Source: Candidatus Firestoneibacteriota bacterium | Lineage (GTDB): Bacteria > Oederibacteriota > Muellerivitia > Muellerivitales > Muellerivitaceae | Assembly: GCA_013286205.1 (NCBI GenBank) | Contig: JABDGD010000005.1 | Coordinates: forward strand, 15,003 to 79,002 | Direction of reading: 5' to 3' | Length of the DNA stretch: 64,000 bases | In this document: one piece after another, positions 19,137-27,792 of the stretch | How the letters are laid out: every line of letters begins with the position of its first letter | Position numbering within the stretch: the stretch's first letter is position 1 | Made by a program: the position numbers and the translations under genes | Notes under the pieces: model-generated | Databases searched by the model: none | Told to the model about the DNA's origin: nothing | The model's input: the letters and a program-made list of their open reading frames with translations, nothing else

Positions 19137-21572
19137 ATGGAAAGTTTTGATGAATTAAGTCTGCCTGAATTTTTAGACAAAAATTTAAAGCAAATGAATT
19201 TTACAACGCCCACGCCCGTCCAGGCGCAGGCGATCCCGCCGGCTCTTGAAGGCAAAGACGTTATTGCCTCGGCTCAAACGGGAACGGGTAAGACGGGTGC
19301 CTTTGGCATTCCGCTCATTACCTTCTTGGAAAAAAACAAAGATAAAACCGCCATTATCATGACCCCTACCCGCGAACTCGCGGTGCAGGTGTTGGAAGTA
19401 CTGCGTAAGCTGTCGGGTAACCATCCTTTGGGCGGCTCAGTTCTGCTCATTGGCGGCGCCAATATGCAGGCCCAGTTTATGGCCCTCAAGCGCAAACCGC
19501 GCCTGATTATCGGTACCCCTGGCCGTATCATTGACCATTTAAGCCGAGGCTCGCTGACTTTATCGTCCGCCGGCTTTCTGGTGCTCGATGAGGCCGATCG
19601 TATGCTGGATATGGGTTTCGCTCCCCAATTGGAAGAAATCCGCAAACGTCTCAACCCCAGCCGCCAGACCCTGTTGTTCTCGGCGACCTTTCCCTCAGAC
19701 ATTCAACGGATGGCTAACAGCTATCTGAAGAATCCGGTTCGTATCACCATTGGCGCTACCACCAAGCCGGTTGAAAAGATCGTGCAGGAAGTGGTTCATA
19801 CCACCGAATCGCGTAAATTCGACCAACTGATGCTGGAACTGCAGGAACGTCAGGGCTCGATCCTGATTTTCGCCCGCACCCAAATCCGTGTAGACCGCAT
19901 CAATGACCGTTTGAAGGAAGCGGGCTTGAAGGTTACCCGTATTCACGGTGGACGTACTCAATCCCAGCGCCGTCAGGCTATCGATCAGTTCCGTGAGGGA
20001 AGATTCCTCATCCTGGTCGCCACCGACATCGCCGCCCGTGGATTGGACATTCATCACATCGCGCATGTCATTAACTATGACTTGCCGAAAAATCCGGAAG
20101 ATTACATCCATCGCATCGGCCGTACAGCCCGTGCTGGCGCCGAAGGTAACTCTATCTGTCTCCTGACTCCTGAAGACCGCGGTCTCTGGGAACGCATTGT
20201 GAGACTCATGGGAGCGGCGAAAGATAACATCAAAGTTAAGAAATCCGCTCATCCCGGCTTTATGGCTCCTCGCGGAGCGCCGCCAGCCCGGGTGAACAGC
20301 TTTAAACCTGAAGGCCGTCCGGAACGTTCCGGCGATCGTGAGCACCGTGCTCCGCGCGAACACGCATCGCGTGAACACGCGCCTCGTGAAAGCCGTGGTC
20401 CTCGCGCTCCGCGCGAAGAACGCGAACACCGCGCGCCTCGTGAACACGCGCCAAGGGAACATGCTCCAAGACGGGAATATTCGTCTCCGGAGTTTGCGAC
20501 CGCGGAACGTGAAGAACGTCCTCGTGAAGGGGGCCGTAGCTTCCACGATAAAAACGAGCCCAAACAGCGCCATCCCGGCGGACGTCACCAACGTCGATCG
20601 GAGGAGCATCAGCAACGTTTGGGACAGAATCAAAGCGCTCCATCGCCGGCTCCGCGGTTAGACAGCCAGGATAACGAAGACGTTCAACCCGCTTTTGGCC
20701 ATGGTGAAAAGCATGACCATACACCGGCGGCTAATCCCATGGATACACCCTGGGGCCAAACCGGCGGATCAAAGCCGGATAACCGTCCGTTTAAAGCCCG
20801 TGTGGGCAGCGGCGGCGACCGAGGCTTCCGTAGAGACACTTCAAGCCCTCGCCCGGAAGGCGGGGAAATTGACGGCAACCGCGAAAGTTCAAACCGCAGC
20901 CGTCCTACTTTCGAACGCAAGTCGTTCGGGGACCGCAAGTCGTTTGGCGAGCGCAAACAATTCGGCGACCGTAAATCCTTTGGGGACCGCAAGCCTTTTG
21001 GCGCGCGTAAATCCTTTGGCAGCGGCGACACGTCTTTCGGAGAGCGCAAGCCCTTCGGCGGAGAACGCAAGTCGTTCGGCGACCGTAAACCCTTTGGTGA
21101 TCGTAAGCCCTTCGGCGACAGAAAGCCGTTTGGCGAGCGCAAATCCTTTGGCGACCGTCCCGCTTTTGGTGACCGTAAATCCTTTGGTGATCGCAAGCCT
21201 TTCGGCGACCGTAAGTCTTTTGGTGATCGTAAACCTTTCGGCGACAGAAAGCCGTTTGGCGAACGCAAATCCTTTGGCAACCGTCCCTTTGGTGAACGCA
21301 AGTCCTTCGGTGATCGTAAACCTTTTGGAGACCGCAAGCCTTTCGGAGGCGGCGATCGTAAGCCTTTTGGGGGAGGCGGCAACCGTTCGTTCGGCGACCG
21401 TAAACCCTTTGGAGGCGGAGAACGCAAGTCCTTCGGCGGCGGAAAACCTTTTGGTGACCGTCCCCGTGGGGATAGAAAGCCCTTTGGCGCGCGTAAGCCT
21501 TTTGGCGGTAACGGAAACTTTGGCGACAGACGGCCCAGCCGTCCGAAGCCTTCGGAACCGAAAGAAGATTAA
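19137..21572 (+). CDS. DEAD-box ATP-dependent RNA helicase with a ~435-aa low-complexity C-terminal extension
   Basis: Motifs AQTGTGKT, PTRELA, DEAD, SAT, ARGLDI and HRIGRTARAG. C-terminal REHAP-type and FGDRKP-type repeats. Confidence 0.95.
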   Translation: MESFDELSLPEFLDKNLKQMNFTTPTPVQAQAIPPALEGKDVIASAQTGTGKTGAFGIPLITFLEKNKDKTAIIMTPTRELAVQVLEVLRKLSGNHPLGGSVLLIGGANMQAQFMALKRKPRLIIGTPGRIIDHLSRGSLTLSSAGFLVLDEADRMLDMGFAPQLEEIRKRLNPSRQTLLFSATFPSDIQRMANSYLKNPVRITIGATTKPVEKIVQEVVHTTESRKFDQLMLELQERQGSILIFARTQIRVDRINDRLKEAGLKVTRIHGGRTQSQRRQAIDQFREGRFLILVATDIAARGLDIHHIAHVINYDLPKNPEDYIHRIGRTARAGAEGNSICLLTPEDRGLWERIVRLMGAAKDNIKVKKSAHPGFMAPRGAPPARVNSFKPEGRPERSGDREHRAPREHASREHAPRESRGPRAPREEREHRAPREHAPREHAPRREYSSPEFATAEREERPREGGRSFHDKNEPKQRHPGGRHQRRSEEHQQRLGQNQSAPSPAPRLDSQDNEDVQPAFGHGEKHDHTPAANPMDTPWGQTGGSKPDNRPFKARVGSGGDRGFRRDTSSPRPEGGEIDGNRESSNRSRPTFERKSFGDRKSFGERKQFGDRKSFGDRKPFGARKSFGSGDTSFGERKPFGGERKSFGDRKPFGDRKPFGDRKPFGERKSFGDRPAFGDRKSFGDRKPFGDRKSFGDRKPFGDRKPFGERKSFGNRPFGERKSFGDRKPFGDRKPFGGGDRKPFGGGGNRSFGDRKPFGGGERKSFGGGKPFGDRPRGDRKPFGARKPFGGNGNFGDRRPSRPKPSEPKED
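20909..21535 (+). repeat. About 30 tandem 18-nt (hexapeptide) coding repeats, F-G-[DE]-R-K-[PS]
   Basis: Read directly from the translation (FGDRKSFGERKQFGDRKSFGDRKPFG...). Synonymous codons differ between units. Confidence 0.95.
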
Positions 21573-21593
21573 TCGCTGGTAGTAAAAATAAAA

Positions 21594-21630
21594 AAGGATC
21601 CTGGCCTCACGGCTCGGGTCCTTTTTTTAT
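21594..21630. terminator. Bidirectional terminator between convergent genes
   Basis: AGGATCCTGGCC-TCAC-GGCTCGGGTCCT stem flanked by an A-run and a T-run. Confidence 0.7.
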
Positions 21631-21645
21631 GTCGAAATTACTGTT

Positions 21646-22023
21646 TTAAGAAGGATCTTTGCTGGGGCCTGCTGCTTTGTCGATGGCTAGAGCTGAAGTG
21701 GTCAACAGTTGGTATATCTGGGCTTCCTGATCTTTTTTCAAAAAGCGGTTCTGATTTTGATGATAAAAGAACTCCAGACGGCCGCGAACGGAAATGACCG
21801 GCTTTTGTAAAGTTTTGGCCTGATCCGCGTTAATGATTTTGGCGGTCAGGGCTTTTTTGATTCTGCATTTTTGATTCTCCACATGCTGTTCGATCTCTTT
21901 TTCAATGTCGTGCTTGACGGGTGGAATAGAGATGGGAGTCGGCACCGCTTTGGTTTGCGCGTAAGAAGCGGCGGATAGAGCGATCGACACAGAAAAATAA
22001 ATGGCTGCCAGATACGTTTTCAT
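21646..22023 (-). CDS. Secreted hypothetical protein (125 aa)
   Basis: Signal peptide MKTYLAAIYFSVSIALSAASYA. Helical and charged, with LTxxQ-like strings (INADQ, KKDQ). Confidence 0.45.
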   Translation of the reverse strand: MKTYLAAIYFSVSIALSAASYAQTKAVPTPISIPPVKHDIEKEIEQHVENQKCRIKKALTAKIINADQAKTLQKPVISVRGRLEFFYHQNQNRFLKKDQEAQIYQLLTTSALAIDKAAGPSKDPS

Positions 22024-22094
22024 GAAGGAACCTTTTTAATTAGTTTTGACGGGTCTAAAAGTACTTCAAAAAAGGCGATTTGTGTAGGCCCCGC

Positions 22095-24116
22095 CTATTT
22101 TTTTTTGAGGGGAAGATTGCTTTTGGCGGCCTTAAAAGGCACCCGGTCCTGGCTGAGAACGGCTTTGTAAAAGCCCAATAGAGTCTCGTAATTTTTACCC
22201 GGTTCAATAACCCGTTTTTTTAAGCCCACATAACGTTCAAAGGAGAGCGTCCCGAAATCTACCTTGGAGGTGGCTAAGAACTCAGCCACGTCATTGGTGA
22301 CGGTGACGTCTTTGGGTAAATCAATCGGCTTATAACCCTTCGGCAGCTTTACCACTACTCGGGTAATGGAATTAAAGTTTTGCGGTATCACCACAGGAGT
22401 CTGACGGTTGTCTCTCAGAGTTGCGAAAAAGTCTTCGACGTCCTCAAACACCACGGGATAAAAGGCTAAACCCTTTTTGCTGAACTGGGCGTAATGGGGA
22501 ACCTCGAAGGTGTAATTGACGACCAGCGGCTGGGTCAAGTCCTCATAGTTGCCAAAGGTGTAGTCCACCAACACCGCGCCGGGGAAGCGTTTGGCTAAAC
22601 CTCGGGTGACCAGATTTTTGCGTTTTTCGTTATCAGTGGCTCTGAAAAACTGCCGCAAGGCCAGGTCTGCCGCGCCAAAAGTTTGGATGTCCACGAAACA
22701 GGTCAGCTTGCCGTCTTTATCAATAGTCATGGTGGCGTCGCGTTCTTTTCGGTGATCCTTGGCGCTGAAAGAGGGAGTGGTTTTCCAGTTGAAGGGGGTG
22801 AAGACCGCTAAGGCGTCCCGGCCCAAAGCGGGCAGGGGCAGAGCGCCGGGATAAGCGAGAGGCTCGGTTGGGTCCATCCAAATCATGTCTTTCCCGCTGA
22901 GTACGCCCACCAATACACCGTCAAATTGAGAAAGCGCGGGCAAATCCACGATTAAATCCCCGCTGGTAGATTGGCGAAACAGATAAACTTGCGCGTCAAT
23001 GCGGGCGGCTTTGAGGGCGGCGACCATAAAGACCGCCATGTCGTGAGAAGTGCCTTTGCCGCTGGTCATGATTTCTTTTAACGAACGGTCAGGGTTTAAG
23101 TAAATCGGCAGGCCTGTATCAACCCAGTCGATTTTTTGATGAACCAGGCTTTTAACTTTGGCCAGACGTTCGACCAAAGGCGATCCTGTATTGCCCGCCG
23201 CGTCCGCCACAAAGTCATTCATTAAAGTTGTGTCACTTTCGGCCAATTGCTTTACACGGCTGCGGTAATACATCACCGCGTCGCCCCAGCTTTTATGAAG
23301 GGTGAAAGCGGTCAGGGGTGCCAAGTCCTGCGGGGGCAGTTGATAGGTTTCAAAAGGAATGGGATCTAAATTGCCTTTGACGTTCAGGTGGGTGACCTTT
23401 TCAGCGTCTGTGGTGTCTTCTGTAATTTCTAAATTCTCCGGCAGGCGCTGGCGCACAGCGTAAAGCGGAATATTTTTAGGAATCTTGAGCGACAAGTTTT
23501 TTTTAACCGATGGCAAATAATCGTTCCACAAAAGCGCGAAGCTCGGTTCGGCGGGCACAGGCCTCAGATGATCGGCGTCAAAGTGGGTAGTTTTATCCAC
23601 GTCGGTGCTGATATTTTTGGTTTCGATGGTGTATTTAATTTCCAACGCTTGTCCCGCGCCAATAGCAGGCAGATGGGCGGTTTGAATTTTAGATAAAGAA
23701 GGGGGCAGATTGGGGGCGGGAGTGGCCCAGGTTAGAAGAGCTTTTTCGTTCGAGGCTACAAACTGTCCTTTGTCGTTCAGGTTATAAATTTGTAAGGTTT
23801 GCACGTTAAAGTTTTGTGAATCTTGGTTGATGGTGGCAATGGGCGCTAAACCCCGGTCAGGCTTCACCCGGGTGGCCCAAATTTGATGCACCGTAATTTT
23901 GAGGCTCTTGTCCATACTCCAGACCGCGTCGGTGGAATCCAGCAGGTGAATAGCTTTAGGGGCATCAGGCTTTTGAAATTCCGCGGCGGCCTGGGCTAAA
24001 AGTTGATCCACTTCAGAAATAACCGGAGTCGGGGTGGGTTTGTCATCGGCCTGGACAGCGGAGGCGCTTAACCAAAGGAGGGCGCTCAACAAAAGAAAGA
24101 AACGGGAGTAGTTCAT
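22095..24116 (-). CDS. DUF3857 / transglutaminase-like / DUF3858-type secreted protein (predicted catalytically degenerate)
   Basis: Signal peptide. Central GKGTSHDMAVFMVAALKAARIDAQVYL ... FDGVLVGV..MIWMDPT resembles the transglutaminase-like core. Family assigned from memory. Confidence 0.55.
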   Translation of the reverse strand: MNYSRFFLLLSALLWLSASAVQADDKPTPTPVISEVDQLLAQAAAEFQKPDAPKAIHLLDSTDAVWSMDKSLKITVHQIWATRVKPDRGLAPIATINQDSQNFNVQTLQIYNLNDKGQFVASNEKALLTWATPAPNLPPSLSKIQTAHLPAIGAGQALEIKYTIETKNISTDVDKTTHFDADHLRPVPAEPSFALLWNDYLPSVKKNLSLKIPKNIPLYAVRQRLPENLEITEDTTDAEKVTHLNVKGNLDPIPFETYQLPPQDLAPLTAFTLHKSWGDAVMYYRSRVKQLAESDTTLMNDFVADAAGNTGSPLVERLAKVKSLVHQKIDWVDTGLPIYLNPDRSLKEIMTSGKGTSHDMAVFMVAALKAARIDAQVYLFRQSTSGDLIVDLPALSQFDGVLVGVLSGKDMIWMDPTEPLAYPGALPLPALGRDALAVFTPFNWKTTPSFSAKDHRKERDATMTIDKDGKLTCFVDIQTFGAADLALRQFFRATDNEKRKNLVTRGLAKRFPGAVLVDYTFGNYEDLTQPLVVNYTFEVPHYAQFSKKGLAFYPVVFEDVEDFFATLRDNRQTPVVIPQNFNSITRVVVKLPKGYKPIDLPKDVTVTNDVAEFLATSKVDFGTLSFERYVGLKKRVIEPGKNYETLLGFYKAVLSQDRVPFKAAKSNLPLKKK

Positions 24117-24118
24117 AG

Positions 24119-24784
24119 TTAGTTTTTGGTTCCGGCGTTTTTCATGAGGTGAATTGATTCTTTCATGTCCGGCGATTTGAAAATGGCAGTGGCGGCAATC
24201 AGTAAGTTGGCGCCCGCTTCGACAACCTGGGGGGCTGTTTTAGGCGAGATGCCTCCATCAACCGCGATGTACATCGACAAGTTTTGCTGAGATACCCATT
24301 TTGAGAATTTAGCGATTTTGGGAACCACATCAGGAATAAAAGATTGTCCTGAAAAGCCAGGCCAGACCGACATAAACAAAACATACTCTAAATCTTTGGC
24401 AAAGGGCTTGAGTGTTTCTTCTGAAGTACCCGGGTTAATCACCATGCCGGGTTTACAGCCGTTTTCTCTGATCAGCTTTATGGTGGCGGCGGCATCGGCG
24501 ACCGCTTCTTCATGAAACAAAATATAAGCAGAGCCAGCCTTAGCGAAATCAGGAATGTATTTGTTGGGGTCGGTAATCATCAGGTGTGAATCAAAGGGAA
24601 CGTTGATCTTGCCCTTGAGCCCGGCAATGACAGGCGCGCCAAAGGAGATATTGGGCACAAAGTGGCCGTCCATCACATCCATATGAAGCATGTCGGCGCC
24701 AGCGGCGACGGCTTTTTGGGAATCCTCGAGTAAGTGGGCGAAATCAGCCGAAAGAATAGAGGCGGAAACTTTAACCGGGGCCAT
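24119..24784 (-). CDS. rpe: Ribulose-phosphate 3-epimerase
   Basis: SILSADF, HMDVMDGHFVPN, MSVWPGFSGQSF and VDGGI motifs. 221 aa. Confidence 0.95.
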   Translation of the reverse strand: MAPVKVSASILSADFAHLLEDSQKAVAAGADMLHMDVMDGHFVPNISFGAPVIAGLKGKINVPFDSHLMITDPNKYIPDFAKAGSAYILFHEEAVADAAATIKLIRENGCKPGMVINPGTSEETLKPFAKDLEYVLFMSVWPGFSGQSFIPDVVPKIAKFSKWVSQQNLSMYIAVDGGISPKTAPQVVEAGANLLIAATAIFKSPDMKESIHLMKNAGTKN

Positions 24785-24877
24785 GAGTGTCCTTTTGGTT
24801 CAAATACGGCACGAACCGTATCTTAGCAAAAGGGGCGTGAATATCCTAGAAACCGCCGGATCAAAAGGCGGCTTTCG

Positions 24878-27388
24878 TCAATGTATGACCACAAGCCTCG
24901 CCACATGCCGTTGGTAAAACTCGATGAAATAAATGACGTAGATCCCGCTGGCCACCTTATCGCCAAACTTATTGGTGCCATCCCACATATAAGTGGTTTT
25001 GGGCAGGGGCCAGTTAAGGTCCTGATCAAAGAGGGTCTTAATGTGTTCTCCCGCGGAGTTGTAAATTTTGAGGCTCGTCTGACCGGGAAATTGGGTGCCG
25101 ATGGTAATGCAGGCCTTTTCACCGATACCGGTATTGATCACGTTCTTACAAACCGTAAAGATGTCCGCCGAAGGCGTGGCGGTATAGGTCCAGGTCGGCA
25201 CTAGGGTGCTGGTGGGAGTGGCGCTGGGAGTGAGGTTAGCGGTATTGGTCGGGGTTTGGGTAAAGGTCAGGGTGAAAGTAGCGGTGTTGGTAGAAGTGGC
25301 CGTATTAGTCATGGTATTGGTGCGCGTGTTTTCGGGAGTTCGGGTAAAGGTGCTGGTGGCTGTACTTGTCGGCGTGGAGCTGGGTGTATCCGTAAAGGTT
25401 GCGGTAGTGGTGAATGAGTTGGTAGCGCTAAAAGTCAGTGTGGCTGTATTAGTGGCGGTGTTCACGACCGTATAGGTGAAGGTGCCGGTGGCGGTCAGGC
25501 TAAAGGTGGCCGTGGGGGTATTAGTGATAGTGGCCGTATTTTGCAAAGTATCGGTGGCCGTCGCGCTATTGGTATCGGTCGGTGTAGAAGTTTGAGTGGC
25601 AGTATCAGTTGTCGTAAAGGTGCTCGTATAAGTATTGGTGTTAGTCGTAGTGGGAGTGTTGGTGAAAGTATTGGTCACGGTGGGCGTATTCATAAAAGTG
25701 TTCGTGTAGGTTGCTGTAAAAGTCGAGGTTGGGCTGGCTGTCGCCGTAAATGTATTCGTGAAGGTACCGGTGTTAGTGCGGGTGGCGGTATTGGTGAAAG
25801 TGTTGGTAAAGGTGGGCGTGTTCATAAAGGTATTAGTATAAGTGGCCGTTGCGGTTGTGCTGGCTGTGTTGGTATTTGTTGGGCTGTTGGTGGCCGTATT
25901 GGTAAAGGTGGCTGTAAAGGTTTTGGTAAAAGTATTGGTGAAGGTAGCGGTGTTCATCAGGGTGTTTGTGTTGGTCGCCGTGAAGGTGGCGGTAGATGTG
26001 TTGGACGCAGTATTGGTGTAGGTGTTGGTGAAGGTTTTCGTAAAGGTATTGGTAAAAGTGGGTGTATTCATCAGCGTGTTGGTATTGGTGGCTGTAAAGG
26101 TGGCGGTTGCGGTGTTAGTGAAAGTGTTGGTGAAAGTTTTAGTATAAGTGTTGGTAAAGGTATTGGTGATAGTCGCGGTAAAGGTGGGTGTCACCGTATT
26201 GGTAAAAGTATTGGTCTTGGTGTTGGTGAAGGTAGGCGTGTTAGTAAAGGTATTGGTGAATGTTGGGGTGAATGTTTTAGTGGGTGTGTTGGTAAATGTG
26301 GGCGTAGGGGTCGAGGTTTTAGTGGGGGTAGGTGTGGTGGGGCAATTGGCTAAAAAGGTAAAGGCGTTCAGAATATAAGCTTCATTAGCGGCGTTTCCTT
26401 CGCTGTCGGATCCATTGGCTGTCGTGCCCCCGCCGCAGCCCGATCCGGTGTCTCTAAACATCTGCCAGTCAAAAGAGACGATCATTTTCCCAGCGTTATA
26501 AGGCGCGGACAAACTGCTGTTAGGAAAGGCGACGGCGACCGCTTCGGGAGAACCGCCGCTGGGTGTTGGGTCGGAAGGATCATCATCCTGCAATATCGCG
26601 ATGCCTGAACCCACATTGTTGATGTAACCGGCGAATTCCGTCCAAACCTCGCCGCCTTGCGAACCAGGGGCGGTGGAAGTATTCATGTTCATCCAGTTGG
26701 TGGGGAAGCCATTGGCGGCCGCCGCTCCTGGGGCTAAATCCGCGCAGCAGCCCGCGCCGCCCTGACATTGCACGCCGCCGCTGGCAAATCCGCTGTTGCC
26801 AGTGACATCGTTGACGAAAGTAACTACGCCATTATCTCTTCCAGGGAAGCCGCAGTTTTCGCCCATGATATAAAGGCTTCCGCCGGAAGCCAGATAACTT
26901 TCGTAGAGCGCGATGTTGGAAGTTAAATCATCACTGGGGCAGCCGCCAGCGGTAGTACAAGTGCTTTGGTTGAAGCGCATGTCCCAAACTTCGGTGTAGC
27001 CAGCCAAACTGCCCGGTACGGTGGTTGTCGTGGTAACGGTCGCGCATAAGCCGTCAATTTTTCCTGTGCCCGAATCGTAAATGGAAGGGCAATTTTGCCA
27101 GGCCACGTTTCCCAGAACGTTTGTGATATTGACCACGGGGGAATCTTCGATGATGAGAATATTTTGGCAGCAGGGCGCACCCGCAAAAACTTTAGGCGCG
27201 GCGGCGAAAAGAGAGCAGAGTGAAAGGATAAAAAAACTTCTGAAGCGCTTTGACGTTTTTCTGAAAGCGTGAGTTTTGTCGGCGGGGCTAGAAACCGCGT
27301 CGATGGATCGCGCGGCAGGTGAAAGCATTTTGTGGGGTGTGGTGAGTTGAAGTGCGTTGGCTAAAACAACAAACAACTGGTTCAACAT
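24878..27388 (-). CDS. Large secreted protein: Cys-rich N-domain, ~380-aa TxTx repeat array, FlgD-Ig/T9SS-CTD-like C-terminal domain
   Basis: Hydrophobic segment FFILSLCSLFAAAPKVFA. Thr at every second position from about residue 345 to 730. C-terminus LKIYNSAGEHIKTL..WDGTNKFGDKVASGIYVIY. The start is uncertain (27388 or 27328). Confidence 0.75.
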   Translation of the reverse strand: MLNQLFVVLANALQLTTPHKMLSPAARSIDAVSSPADKTHAFRKTSKRFRSFFILSLCSLFAAAPKVFAGAPCCQNILIIEDSPVVNITNVLGNVAWQNCPSIYDSGTGKIDGLCATVTTTTTVPGSLAGYTEVWDMRFNQSTCTTAGGCPSDDLTSNIALYESYLASGGSLYIMGENCGFPGRDNGVVTFVNDVTGNSGFASGGVQCQGGAGCCADLAPGAAAANGFPTNWMNMNTSTAPGSQGGEVWTEFAGYINNVGSGIAILQDDDPSDPTPSGGSPEAVAVAFPNSSLSAPYNAGKMIVSFDWQMFRDTGSGCGGGTTANGSDSEGNAANEAYILNAFTFLANCPTTPTPTKTSTPTPTFTNTPTKTFTPTFTNTFTNTPTFTNTKTNTFTNTVTPTFTATITNTFTNTYTKTFTNTFTNTATATFTATNTNTLMNTPTFTNTFTKTFTNTYTNTASNTSTATFTATNTNTLMNTATFTNTFTKTFTATFTNTATNSPTNTNTASTTATATYTNTFMNTPTFTNTFTNTATRTNTGTFTNTFTATASPTSTFTATYTNTFMNTPTVTNTFTNTPTTTNTNTYTSTFTTTDTATQTSTPTDTNSATATDTLQNTATITNTPTATFSLTATGTFTYTVVNTATNTATLTFSATNSFTTTATFTDTPSSTPTSTATSTFTRTPENTRTNTMTNTATSTNTATFTLTFTQTPTNTANLTPSATPTSTLVPTWTYTATPSADIFTVCKNVINTGIGEKACITIGTQFPGQTSLKIYNSAGEHIKTLFDQDLNWPLPKTTYMWDGTNKFGDKVASGIYVIYFIEFYQRHVARLVVIH
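25200..26356 (-). repeat. Coding dipeptide-periodic (Thr-x) array with a ~37-40-aa super-repeat
   Basis: TFTNTFTNTPTFTNTKTNTFTNT... The 6-nt periodicity generates mirror ORFs on the + strand (25206-25475, 25541-26353, 26148-26378). Confidence 0.9.
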
Positions 27389-27744
27389 TTGAAAGGGTCA
27401 CCTCTCGTGCGGGGCATAAAAACGTTTTAAGTTGTGATCAAAAAAAGTAAGCGTTTATATCTGTAAGCGCTTACATTTACGGGGCTGAAACCCCACTCTT
27501 TTCTGTTTATCTCTAGCTCTAAGTTACCCATTTAAGGCCGAAACTTCAAAGGCGATGGGACTACAAGGGAATCATTTAACCTGTATGAATAGATGGGTAT
27601 ATCTTGTCGAAATCGTAGCACTTTGTTGTTTTTTACAGATTCAAGTGAGATTTGAAACGGTAGGTTTACTTTAGTGATTCGTGGCTGATGATTGGGTAAT
27701 GAGTTTGAATTAGAAAGCTTCTTTGTTCAAAACGAATTTAAACA

Positions 27745-27776
27745 TAAAAAAAGCCTGACTCTTTCGAGCCAGGCCT
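27745..27776 (-). terminator. Rho-independent terminator (minus strand) after the rhodanese gene
   Basis: On the minus strand, GCCTGGCTC-GAAA-GAGTCAGGC followed by TTTTTTT. Confidence 0.8.
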
Positions 27777-27792
27777 TTTGTCCGTATTAAAG

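Noticed and set aside
19695-21582. Long ORFs 19695-20633(-), 20249-20563(-), 20302-20724(-), 20684-21427(-) and 20695-21582(+)
   Set aside because: They lie entirely inside the DEAD-box helicase gene. They are open only because of the GC-rich periodic repeats. Their products are low-complexity mirror images (KGLRSP.., SATV NPL..).
20909-26356. CRISPR-like regular repeats
   Set aside because: All regular repeats in the window (FGDRKP, TxT, DMPALP and the autotransporter units) are in-frame coding repeats without unique spacers. No intergenic repeat-spacer array is present.
25206-26378. Plus-strand ORFs 25206-25475, 25541-26353 and 26148-26378 (V/G/K-rich)
   Set aside because: They are antisense shadows of the 6-nt-periodic Thr-x array. 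They have no starts with an SD, and the sense strand has a signal peptide and a recognisable C-terminal domain.
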